This document shows positions 50,450-58,327 of a DNA stretch of 64,000 nucleotides, piece by piece (positions within the stretch are counted from its first letter, which is position 1; each line of letters begins with the position of its first letter). The DNA lies in NCBI GenBank assembly GCA_002299885.1, contig DBOB01000022.1, positions 1,896-65,895 on the forward strand, in the 5' to 3' direction. The translations under genes and the position numbers were made by a program. Below the pieces are notes generated by a model. It was not told where the DNA came from, searched no databases, and saw only the letters and a program-made list of their open reading frames with translations. This stretch comes from Sediminibacterium sp. UBA657. GTDB taxonomy: Bacteria; Bacteroidota; Bacteroidia; Chitinophagales; Chitinophagaceae.

Positions 50450-51670
50450 ATGGCCATATCAGTATGGGAACAGTCAACCTATTTTGCACCTAAGGACTTG
50501 GTGATTGTGGGCTGTGGATTTGTGGGATTATGGACCGCCTATGAAGCCATCCACCAAAACCCAAAATTAAATATCACCATACTTGAGCGCGGCACTATAC
50601 CATCTGGAGCAAGCACGCGCAACGCGGGCTTCTCTTGTTTTGGAAGTGTTTCCGAACTGATCTCAGATATTCAGTTGATGGGTGAAGCTGCAATGTTAGA
50701 GACAGTGAAGATGCGCTATGATGGACTACAAAGAATTCAAGAAGTGTTTAAAGCAAAAGAGATAGACTACAACCAGTGGGGTGGTTATGAATTATTTGAA
50801 GGAAAAAAAACTAGTAAGAATAAAAAAGCAAGTAAAGCAAATAAAGGGGTCAGCAGTGATGAAAGTGGTCTGTATGATATTTCGAAACTAGAATCGGATA
50901 TTGCTTATTTAAATAAAATTTTAGCACCTGCCTTAAAGACGCCAAAAAAGAATGGTAAATACTTGCCTATCTATACCAATGCTAGTAAGGACATTAAAAA
51001 ATTAGGTTTTCAAGGTATCGAGGCCTTGGCATTTAATCAATTAGAAGGACAATTAAATTCAGCAAAATTAGTATTGGCTTTACAAAAAGCAGTGCAGGCA
51101 AAAGGTGTACAAATTCTTTTTAATACTGAGGTTAAAAAATTTAAGAGTCATAAAAAAGGCGTGACCATCACAACAAATTTAGAGGCAGTTTTAGAGACAA
51201 AACAATTTTTAGTTTGTACTAACGGATTTGCAAAACAACTTATTCCTAGTTTAGATGTAGTGCCAGCAAGAGGGCAGGTATTTGTCACAGAGCCTATCAA
51301 AAATTTAAAATTCAAAGGATGCTTCCACTTTGATGAAGGCTATTATTATTTCCGCAACTTAGGCAACCGTTTATTATTAGGAGGTGCAAGGAATGCAGAT
51401 TTTAAAAATGAAAAAACATATTCATTAGAGACTTCGGCTACCATACAAAAAGTGTTAGAAGATTTTATGATGCAACGTATCCTACCTAAGGGATCTAAGA
51501 AACCAAAAATTGAATTGAGGTGGAGTGGCACTATGGGTATGGGCTCAATCAAAAAGCCAATCATTGAACAATTACAACCTAATGTTTACTGTGCAGTGCG
51601 CATGAGTGGCATGGGAGTTGCTATTGCACCTATTGTAGCTAAGAAAGCATTGAAATTAATGAAGGGGTAG
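50450..51670 (+). CDS. FAD-dependent oxidoreductase (DAO family)
   Basis: VIVGCGFVGLWTAYE Rossmann GxGxxG. 406 aa, with a Lys-rich low-complexity insert (KKTSKNKKASKANKG). Confidence 0.75.
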   Translation: MAISVWEQSTYFAPKDLVIVGCGFVGLWTAYEAIHQNPKLNITILERGTIPSGASTRNAGFSCFGSVSELISDIQLMGEAAMLETVKMRYDGLQRIQEVFKAKEIDYNQWGGYELFEGKKTSKNKKASKANKGVSSDESGLYDISKLESDIAYLNKILAPALKTPKKNGKYLPIYTNASKDIKKLGFQGIEALAFNQLEGQLNSAKLVLALQKAVQAKGVQILFNTEVKKFKSHKKGVTITTNLEAVLETKQFLVCTNGFAKQLIPSLDVVPARGQVFVTEPIKNLKFKGCFHFDEGYYYFRNLGNRLLLGGARNADFKNEKTYSLETSATIQKVLEDFMMQRILPKGSKKPKIELRWSGTMGMGSIKKPIIEQLQPNVYCAVRMSGMGVAIAPIVAKKALKLMKG

Positions 51671-51671
51671 T

Positions 51672-52094
51672 TTATTGACTACAAATCTTAAGTGCTTGTT
51701 CGACATCAAAAACTGGGATAGCGCTTTTTTTAAACCCTTTTTTATCTCTACTAACAATCAAATCAATTTTTTTATTAGACAACGCAGCATAATACTGTAC
51801 TGCGTCTTCAAAATCAGAAAATTCAGAATGTATAGATTGATTTATGATATTACTATTAACCTCCAATATTTCTGTTATATCATATAAATTAGTCAAATGC
51901 GATATGACAATTTTAGGAGATTTAATTAGCTTGTTTAATAAATAATACACATTCGTGTACGAATTTGCTGAGATAAAAGGTTTTTTATTGTTGTGAGCGT
52001 ATAAATCAAAAAGTTCAGTTGCTGCATTCGAAAAACTTGCTCTATTTCCAAGAAAGTCTATGATCACATCTGTATCTATAAAAATATTTTTCAT
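51672..52094 (-). CDS. PIN-domain toxin (VapC family)
   Basis: IFIDTDVIIDFL, DFEDAVQYYAA, SRDKKGF acidic PIN residues. 140 aa. Start overlaps the antitoxin stop by 1 nt. Confidence 0.85.
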   Translation of the reverse strand: MKNIFIDTDVIIDFLGNRASFSNAATELFDLYAHNNKKPFISANSYTNVYYLLNKLIKSPKIVISHLTNLYDITEILEVNSNIINQSIHSEFSDFEDAVQYYAALSNKKIDLIVSRDKKGFKKSAIPVFDVEQALKICSQ

Positions 52095-52357
52095 TACACT
52101 TTATTATATCGTTCAAGTAATATTTTTCCAAGTTCTTTTTTATAATCAAAATTCTTTGGAAGATTGATTATCCCTTTTAATTTAGCAATCGAAGGATGTA
52201 ACTTTTTAGTTTTATTTTTTTCAACTTTTCCATTAACTGCAACAGCTTTTAAATAATTTTCAACCAAAGAAGAAAGACTCTCCTCTTTTTTCTTGGCATA
52301 AATTTTTGCGTTATAGATTACTTCATCTTCCACCACAAGGGTCAATTTTGTTTTCAT
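52094..52357 (-). CDS. Antitoxin (DUF6364-like, RHH-type) of the VapC pair
   Basis: 87 aa. MKTKLTLVVEDEVIYNAKIYAKKKEESLSSLVENYL beta-alpha-alpha start. Located upstream of and overlapping the PIN gene. Confidence 0.7.
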   Translation of the reverse strand: MKTKLTLVVEDEVIYNAKIYAKKKEESLSSLVENYLKAVAVNGKVEKNKTKKLHPSIAKLKGIINLPKNFDYKKELGKILLERYNKV

Positions 52358-52393
52358 TACACGTGTATTTTAAAGTGTAAATATACGTGTAAT
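52358..52393 (-). promoter_or_regulatory. Candidate TA operator: 10-bp perfect palindrome TACACGTGTA plus two further GTGTA repeats
   Basis: TACACGTGTA at 52358-52367 abuts the antitoxin ATG. GTGTA recurs at 52375 and 52388 (ATACGTGTAA). Confidence 0.4.
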
Positions 52394-52450
52394 TAGGTAT
52401 TTGATAAAAAATAAATAAAACAATTAGTATCTTAGAAGCCTTTCTAATAC

Positions 52451-52458
52451 TATCTTTG
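52451..52458 (+). promoter_or_regulatory. -7 promoter box TATCTTTG, 4 nt from trmB ATG
   Basis: TATCTTTG-CGCC-ATG. Confidence 0.45.
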
Positions 52459-52462
52459 CGCC

Positions 52463-53320
52463 ATGGGTCAAAAGAAACTAATCAAGTTTGCCGCTATTAA
52501 GGAATATAACAATGTCTTGGAATTTCCACAGGACATGCAGGGCAAATGGGCTACTTTTTTTGATGGATTAAAAAAAGGGAAATCGACTATCGATATATCA
52601 AGCTTATTAATTAGTGATGGTCAATTTGTATCAAATGTCTCTTCTATTAATAAGGAGGATAACGCATCTACTCCCCTTACTCTAGAACTTGCTTGTGGCC
52701 GAGGAGAATATGTAGTTGGCTTAGGCCGTATGTTTCCAGAACAACATTTTATAGGCATCGATTTAAAAGGCAATCGTATTTGGAAAGGAGCAAGTATTGC
52801 AAATAAAGATGGATTAACAAATGTGGCCTTTGTGCGTTCTCAAATTGAGCTTACCTCGAACTATTTTGCTAAGAAAGAGGTGGATGAAATATGGATTACA
52901 TTCCCCGATCCACAGCTTAGATGGTCAAAATCAAAAAAGCGCTTGACACATCCTAAATTTTTAAGGCTGTACCAACAGTTTCTAAAGAATGACGGTATTG
53001 TGCATTTAAAAACAGATAGCCCCCTACTCTACAATTTCACATTAAAAGTGATTGAGTTATATGGTTTACATCTGATCTACAAAACAGACAACTTATACGC
53101 TGAACAAAATATCGATCCACGTTGTTTAATTAAAACATACTACGAAGGATTGGATATCGCACAGAGTAACAAGATTCACTATATTCAGTTTAATATTGAT
53201 GGAGACCTCCCTTTAGAACTAGATGAAATTTTAAAAGAAGCCATCAAAGACATCCCAATGGATGCAGGTGAATTACTTAGAATGGAAGCAGAAGCAGCAA
53301 GAGCAAAAAAAGAAGATTAA
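52463..53320 (+). CDS. trmB: tRNA (guanine46-N7)-methyltransferase
   Basis: LELACGRGEY SAM motif, FPDPQLRWSKSKKRL, HLKTD. Carries a ~30-aa insert before the SAM motif and a charged C-terminal tail. Confidence 0.88.
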   Translation: MGQKKLIKFAAIKEYNNVLEFPQDMQGKWATFFDGLKKGKSTIDISSLLISDGQFVSNVSSINKEDNASTPLTLELACGRGEYVVGLGRMFPEQHFIGIDLKGNRIWKGASIANKDGLTNVAFVRSQIELTSNYFAKKEVDEIWITFPDPQLRWSKSKKRLTHPKFLRLYQQFLKNDGIVHLKTDSPLLYNFTLKVIELYGLHLIYKTDNLYAEQNIDPRCLIKTYYEGLDIAQSNKIHYIQFNIDGDLPLELDEILKEAIKDIPMDAGELLRMEAEAARAKKED

Positions 53321-53323
53321 AAA

Positions 53324-53566
53324 ATGATTGAAGGCGTACATTATTATATAGACCCAAAAGGCAAATGGGTATTTACTGCAGCTTATCACGAAGGCCGAGG
53401 CTATTGCTGTGGGGAAGCCTGTAAGCATTGTCCATTTGATTATGACGCGGTACCGGAGCCTATTAAAACAAGAGCGCAATTAATTAGAGCTGCAGCAAGT
53501 AAGACTGCCCCAGAAGCTTACCCTGAAAAACAAGTTGACACAGAAGATATTAAAAAGCATTTATAA
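53324..53566 (+). CDS. Small Cys4 protein (DUF5522-like)
   Basis: 80 aa. GYCCGEACKHCPF cysteine cluster. Begins 3 nt after the trmB stop and ends 1 nt before the next ATG. Confidence 0.6.
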   Translation: MIEGVHYYIDPKGKWVFTAAYHEGRGYCCGEACKHCPFDYDAVPEPIKTRAQLIRAAASKTAPEAYPEKQVDTEDIKKHL

Positions 53567-53567
53567 A

Positions 53568-53915
53568 ATGCAATACACACCCAAGACCAAAGACTTTTTT
53601 CAAAACGTATTTGATGTAGTACGTTTAATTCCCAAGGGACGTGTGACAAGCTATGGTGCCATCGCAAAATATTTAGGCACTGGAGGTAGTTCAAGAATGG
53701 TGGGCTGGGCCATGAATGCATCACATGGTGTAAAACCAAAAGTGCCAGCACATAGGGTTGTGAATCGCAATGGTATGTTAAGTGGTAAAGCGCATTTTGA
53801 AACACCCACTACTATGCAAACGCTTTTAGAAAAAGAAAAAATAAAAGTCCAAAACGAAACTGTCTTGGACTTTGAAAAATTATTTTGGGATCCAGCTATT
53901 GAACTAAAGTTCTAA
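53568..53915 (+). CDS. Alkyltransferase-like (ATL) protein / MGMT DNA-binding-domain protein lacking the acceptor Cys
   Basis: IPKGRVTSYGAIA HTH region and PAHRVVN in place of the PCHRV active site. ATG 53568 preferred over the track start 53535. Confidence 0.8.
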   Translation: MQYTPKTKDFFQNVFDVVRLIPKGRVTSYGAIAKYLGTGGSSRMVGWAMNASHGVKPKVPAHRVVNRNGMLSGKAHFETPTTMQTLLEKEKIKVQNETVLDFEKLFWDPAIELKF

Positions 53916-53958
53916 ATAAGTAAAGCAAAAGTTTACTATCGTTATTATAATAAAGCTC

Positions 53959-54543
53959 CTAGTTATAATACTGCTTAATCATTAAGTATACAATTGGCCC
54001 AGTCACTGCTACATAAAACCAGATAGGCCATACTTTTTTTGCTAAATTCTTATGCGCTTCAAAATCACTTGTTAAAGCCCTGTAGGCAGTCCACAATATA
54101 AATGGTAAGCTAGTTGCAGCAAGTACAATATGCGTACCTAATAAAATCAAATAGAAAGGACGGGTATTGCCTAAAACCGCTTTTTCTGCATCATCCACTA
54201 AGCCATCAAAATTAGCATCGCCAAATTTAGCTTCTCCCGCTAATAAATGGTGCGCGATATAAGTCACTAAAAACAACAATGAAAAAATCATTGCAGTCAT
54301 CATCAATGATTTATGCAAATTGTAATTTTTTTGCTTTATAGCAACTAATCCAGCAACCAATAAAATGGCTACACCAGTATTTAATACTGCATTGATCAAT
54401 GCAAAAATATGTTTGTCAAAAGGTAGCTCAATATCCAAAGTGAATTTGCTTAGAAAAGTCACTACTACAAATACCACCACAGAAAAAATGCCAATTAAAG
54501 TATAGGCCAATTTGTCGTTCTTCTTTAATACAGGATCTAACAT
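53959..54543 (-). CDS. DUF420 membrane protein (oxidase-cluster associated)
   Basis: 194 aa with about 5 TM segments. Conserved position after SCO1 in Bacteroidota oxidase clusters. Confidence 0.7.
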   Translation of the reverse strand: MLDPVLKKNDKLAYTLIGIFSVVVFVVVTFLSKFTLDIELPFDKHIFALINAVLNTGVAILLVAGLVAIKQKNYNLHKSLMMTAMIFSLLFLVTYIAHHLLAGEAKFGDANFDGLVDDAEKAVLGNTRPFYLILLGTHIVLAATSLPFILWTAYRALTSDFEAHKNLAKKVWPIWFYVAVTGPIVYLMIKQYYN

Positions 54544-54550
54544 ACAGTTA

Positions 54551-54664
54551 TTATTTATTATTTAAAATATCCTTCAGGATACGAAAAGCCATAGTTGCAA
54601 TCAATACAATAAGTCCAACTCTAATTTCTTGTTTATACTTAGTTTTAAATTCATTCCAATTCAT
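54551..54664 (-). CDS. Possible 37-aa single-TM micro-protein (unannotated)
   Basis: Own translation: MNWNEFKTKYKQEIRVGLIVLIATMAFRILKDILNNK*. Fills the SCO1-DUF420 gap on the same strand. Below the ORF-track size cutoff. Confidence 0.3.
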   Translation of the reverse strand: MNWNEFKTKYKQEIRVGLIVLIATMAFRILKDILNNK

Positions 54665-54675
54665 ACAATGAATAT

Positions 54676-55488
54676 TTAATTTTTTAATCTTGTCTTTGTA
54701 AAATAGAAAACAAAACTAGATACCATTAAAGCAATCACCAACCACAACCAACTTAAGTCTATAATATCTTGGAATACTTTGCTCTTTTTAGTTTTATCTT
54801 TTTCTAACATCAAGTAGCCTACGTCTTTAGCTAGCTTTAACATAGATGCAGAATCAAGCCCATTGTAATAGCCACGCACTTGCATTTTTTTATCTATCAA
54901 TACAAAGCGGCTAGTATGCACAAAGTCTGGAGAGACTGGCTCTGTACTAAATTGATCTACTTTCATTTCCTCAAACGCAAACTTATAAATAGAATCTCTA
55001 TTACCAGTAAGCAACCACCAATTGTCAGAAGCCACACCCATTTTATTGGCGTATTCTCTAATTACAGGAACAGAGTCACGATCAGGGTCTACAGAAAAAG
55101 AAATGAATTGAATAAAATTCGTATCCAATACTTTTTTACGACTATTGCCTCCTCTTGTAAAGGACTGTTGCAATTTCGCCATATTCGTAGTCAGCTTTGG
55201 ACAGATACTTCCGCAGCTTGTAAAAAAGAAATCGGCAATAATGATCTTACCAGACTGTTGGTATAAGTTCACTGAATCGCCTAATTGATTCACCAAGCGA
55301 ATATCTTTAGTCGTATGCCAAATGCTATCATCAATGGTCTTACCTTTTTCTACTCGGCTTACCACGGTGTCCAATAAATAATGTCTTGGCATAGTCACCG
55401 CGGTATCACTTGCAGACTTAAGCCATAAATAACATCCAATAGGTATGACCAGGGCGATTATTAAACCGTAAATAGACTTTTTAGACAT
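54676..55488 (-). CDS. SCO1/SenC-family copper chaperone with extra C-terminal TM segment
   Basis: N-terminal TM anchor, thioredoxin fold with FFFTSCGSICP (CxxxC) and downstream His. ATG 55488 preferred, because a terminator occupies the upstream extension. Confidence 0.85.
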   Translation of the reverse strand: MSKKSIYGLIIALVIPIGCYLWLKSASDTAVTMPRHYLLDTVVSRVEKGKTIDDSIWHTTKDIRLVNQLGDSVNLYQQSGKIIIADFFFTSCGSICPKLTTNMAKLQQSFTRGGNSRKKVLDTNFIQFISFSVDPDRDSVPVIREYANKMGVASDNWWLLTGNRDSIYKFAFEEMKVDQFSTEPVSPDFVHTSRFVLIDKKMQVRGYYNGLDSASMLKLAKDVGYLMLEKDKTKKSKVFQDIIDLSWLWLVIALMVSSFVFYFTKTRLKN

Positions 55489-55521
55489 GCTGTTGATGGA
55501 GTTATTTGGATGTAAAGTTAC

Positions 55522-55554
55522 AACAAAAAACCACCCCAAATAACTGGAGTGGTT
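55522..55554 (-). terminator. Rho-independent terminator after the CoxIV gene
   Basis: Minus strand reads AACCACTCC-agttattt-GGGGTGGTT followed by TTTTGT. Confidence 0.7.
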
Positions 55555-55584
55555 TCGAATATTTTAAGCCCCTATCCATTAAGA

Positions 55585-56106
55585 TTAGTGCTTCGCATCT
55601 TCATGTTTAGCCGCGTCTTCGTTCTTTGCAGAAGAATCTGTGGTGTGCGCTGCAGAATCAGTATGTGCTGCACCAGCCGCGCCTGCAGCTTCGTGTCCTC
55701 CACCGTGAGATCCGCCATGTGCTGGCTGCTCTACCTTAATAGTAGATTGCTCCTTAAAGTATGGATTATAGGTATTGCGTAAGTTTCTGAATGAATTGCC
55801 ATCAGCTAAAAACGCAATGATGAACCAAACGAATAAAGTTAGTGGCACCACAATTGTCATGATCAAGTTCTTTACTTCATGCTTTAAGTGCATAAAGTAA
55901 GCCACGATGTAAAATGCTTTTGCCATCATCAAGATTACGATTGTCCCTTTAATACCAAGTACTAAGGCTTTGCTTTCCATTCCGATCATCCAGAAACCCA
56001 AAATCAATTCAACAATCGTTAAAACTGAAAGGATGATGGTAACTTTTTTAATTTCTGCAATAGCACCACCGTCGTGCTCTGCGTGTGTATCGTTTGTATG
56101 TGACAT
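55585..56106 (-). CDS. Cytochrome c oxidase subunit IV-family protein with His/Ala-rich C-terminal tail
   Basis: Three TM helices in the first ~120 aa and the expected position after subunit III. The last 50 aa are low complexity with 8 His. Confidence 0.65.
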   Translation of the reverse strand: MSHTNDTHAEHDGGAIAEIKKVTIILSVLTIVELILGFWMIGMESKALVLGIKGTIVILMMAKAFYIVAYFMHLKHEVKNLIMTIVVPLTLFVWFIIAFLADGNSFRNLRNTYNPYFKEQSTIKVEQPAHGGSHGGGHEAAGAAGAAHTDSAAHTTDSSAKNEDAAKHEDAKH

Positions 56107-56121
56107 AGTTCGTTAATTCGT

Positions 56122-56808
56122 TTATAATAAGTAAAAACAAGTAAATACAAATACCCATACTAGATCTACAAAGTGCCAGTAAAGACCTGCTTTTTCAATC
56201 ATATTGTAATGACCTCTTTTTTCAAATTGGTTTGTTAATGTCATGATCAACATAATAATATTAATCACCACACCACTGAATACGTGGAAACCGTGGAAAC
56301 CAGTAATAGTAAAGAAGAAGTTTGTGAAGTTGGAAGATGATGCTGTTCCATCTGCATTGATGAAAGGATTTCTTCCCCACCATGCACCTTCATGGAATAA
56401 GTGATTCCACTCCCAAGCTTGACAGCTTAAGAAAGCGATACCACCAATGATTGTCCAAATCATATTTCTAACAACTCCTTTCTTATCCATATTGTGACCA
56501 GCATGAACCGCTAAAACCATGGTCACCGAACTTACAATCAAAATAAAAGTCATCACCGATACAAACACCAACGGGGCATTCACTCCTTCTGGTGCAAATG
56601 GGAAACTTTTAAAAACTACGTTAGGGTCAGGCCATCCGTTCGTAGAAAAACGAACCGTGCCATAAGAAATCAAGAAAGCGCCAAAAGTGAATGCGTCACT
56701 CATTAAAAAGTACCACATCATCACTTTTCCGTACTCTACACTAAAAGGGCTTTTTCCACCACCCCATAATTTTGCTTCAGTTGGCGAAGCGGCTGTTGTT
56801 GTTGACAT
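56122..56808 (-). CDS. Cytochrome c oxidase subunit III
   Basis: Heme-copper oxidase subunit III fold motifs (FHGFHVFSGV, YWHFVDLVWVFVF). ATG 56808 preferred over TTG 56820. Confidence 0.85.
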   Translation of the reverse strand: MSTTTAASPTEAKLWGGGKSPFSVEYGKVMMWYFLMSDAFTFGAFLISYGTVRFSTNGWPDPNVVFKSFPFAPEGVNAPLVFVSVMTFILIVSSVTMVLAVHAGHNMDKKGVVRNMIWTIIGGIAFLSCQAWEWNHLFHEGAWWGRNPFINADGTASSSNFTNFFFTITGFHGFHVFSGVVINIIMLIMTLTNQFEKRGHYNMIEKAGLYWHFVDLVWVFVFTCFYLL

Positions 56809-56848
56809 GTTCAGTTTCAATTTCAGTGCAAAAATATTGGTTTTTAGT

Positions 56849-57412
56849 CTATCCTACAAATTGTAGGAACACAAAAAGATAAATCCATAGTATATCTACA
56901 AAATGCCAATAAATGGATGCTAATTCCACCGGTAAGGCATTGTAAAATTTTGTTTTCACAGAATAAGCTCTTAAAAAGATGATTGCAAGGGCAATGACCC
57001 CACCCAACACGTGGAGGATGTGTAAGCCAGCGATCACCAATAAAAAAGAACCCGCCGAATTGCTTCTAGGACCAGTTAATGCGATACTATTGGCCTCCAA
57101 AGCGCTAAAGCCCATCATTTGTGTCACCACAAAGACAAGACCTAAAACCACGGTTAAAGTAATGAACCCACGATATTGACCCATCTGACGTTCTTTGAAC
57201 TTCTTCAAAGCCATTTGCATGGTCACACTACTCAATAGAATCACTAATGTAGAGAACCAGAACACCACTGGTAATTCAAAGTCCAACCAATTGGCTTGAC
57301 CTTTTTTCACAATATAAGCACTGGTCATCCCTGCAAAAAGCATGATGATGCTTCCTAAACCTACCCAAAGGATAAACTTATAAGGATGTGCTTTCTTTTT
57401 TTCTGTACTCAT
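56849..57412 (-). CDS. Second cytochrome c oxidase subunit III-family protein
   Basis: GLHILHVLGGVIAL and IYWHFVDILWIYLFVF. 187 aa. Confidence 0.75.
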   Translation of the reverse strand: MSTEKKKAHPYKFILWVGLGSIIMLFAGMTSAYIVKKGQANWLDFELPVVFWFSTLVILLSSVTMQMALKKFKERQMGQYRGFITLTVVLGLVFVVTQMMGFSALEANSIALTGPRSNSAGSFLLVIAGLHILHVLGGVIALAIIFLRAYSVKTKFYNALPVELASIYWHFVDILWIYLFVFLQFVG

Positions 57413-57421
57413 AAATATGCT

Positions 57422-58324
57422 TTAAATTTTATTTGCCATTAATGCCAAATAAACAATCGGTAAATAAATGTAGCTGCTAAACATCACACGACGTGCCGCA
57501 GGCACACCCATGTTCTGGTATAAACGCACACATTGAACCACCATAAAAATATTCGCCACTAAGACCACCCACATACTCCACTCCCCCGTAATTTTAAAAT
57601 AGTTTGGTAAGAAACCAATTGGTACCATCAACACCGCATACATCACAGCTTGTAAAGCAGTGAACTTAGTCGGCCCTTTATCGGCAGGTAACAATTTAAA
57701 TCCTACTTTAGAATAATCCGTATGTGATACCCAAGCTATTGCCCAAAAATGTGGGAACTGCCAAAGAAATTGAATTAAAAATAAAGCGTAACCACCCGCG
57801 TTGGAATAAGTTTTACCATCTACAATAAAGGTTGCAATTGGACTTATTTCATTGGTTGCAGCAACCCATCCAATCAAGCAAGGAATGGCACCCGGAAAAG
57901 CACCAACCAACACTGCAATTGAATTTATTTTTTTAAGTGGGGTGTAGATGAAAGCATATAAGAATAAACTTAATGCACTTAATACCGCAGACAAAGTATT
58001 GAATTGGTAGGCCATTAAACCTACACCAACTATACCAGCGATGATGGCAAATGCGTAAGCAGTTTGTTGAGACATTCTACCAGAAGCCACAGGACGATTC
58101 GCTGTTCGCTTCATCTGTGCATCTGTGTCTTTTTCCACTGCTTGATTAATTGCATTGGCACTACCCGTAATACAAAGACCTGCAAAAGTTAAGATCAAAA
58201 TATTCCACCAATCGAATCCAATAATGTTAGGCGCAATCTGATAACAGATTACACAGGTGAAGACCACCGTAAAACTTAAGGTGAACTTCATCAACTGGGC
58301 GTAATCTTTTAGAATTGCTTTCAC
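57422..58324 (-). CDS. ctaB: Protoheme IX farnesyltransferase (heme O synthase)
   Basis: UbiA-family motifs NQAVEKDTDAQMKRTANRP and about 9 TM segments. GTG start. Confidence 0.9.
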   Translation of the reverse strand: MKAILKDYAQLMKFTLSFTVVFTCVICYQIAPNIIGFDWWNILILTFAGLCITGSANAINQAVEKDTDAQMKRTANRPVASGRMSQQTAYAFAIIAGIVGVGLMAYQFNTLSAVLSALSLFLYAFIYTPLKKINSIAVLVGAFPGAIPCLIGWVAATNEISPIATFIVDGKTYSNAGGYALFLIQFLWQFPHFWAIAWVSHTDYSKVGFKLLPADKGPTKFTALQAVMYAVLMVPIGFLPNYFKITGEWSMWVVLVANIFMVVQCVRLYQNMGVPAARRVMFSSYIYLPIVYLALMANKI

Positions 58325-58327
58325 AAT

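Noticed and set aside
50289-53915. Possible genomic island around the toxin-antitoxin pair
   Set aside because: There is no integrase, transposase, tRNA target, flanking direct repeat or obvious compositional break. The flanking genes (trmB, FAD oxidoreductase) look like core genes.
55489-55539. N-terminal extensions in the ORF track: SCO1 55489-55539, tsaC 29563-29643, actE 63179-63253, 2Fe-2S 38987-39040, rsfS 16836-16934, MerR 11037-11129
   Set aside because: The extensions overlap neighbouring genes, a terminator hairpin (SCO1) or promoter boxes. They precede obvious signal peptides or conserved N-termini that begin at internal ATGs.
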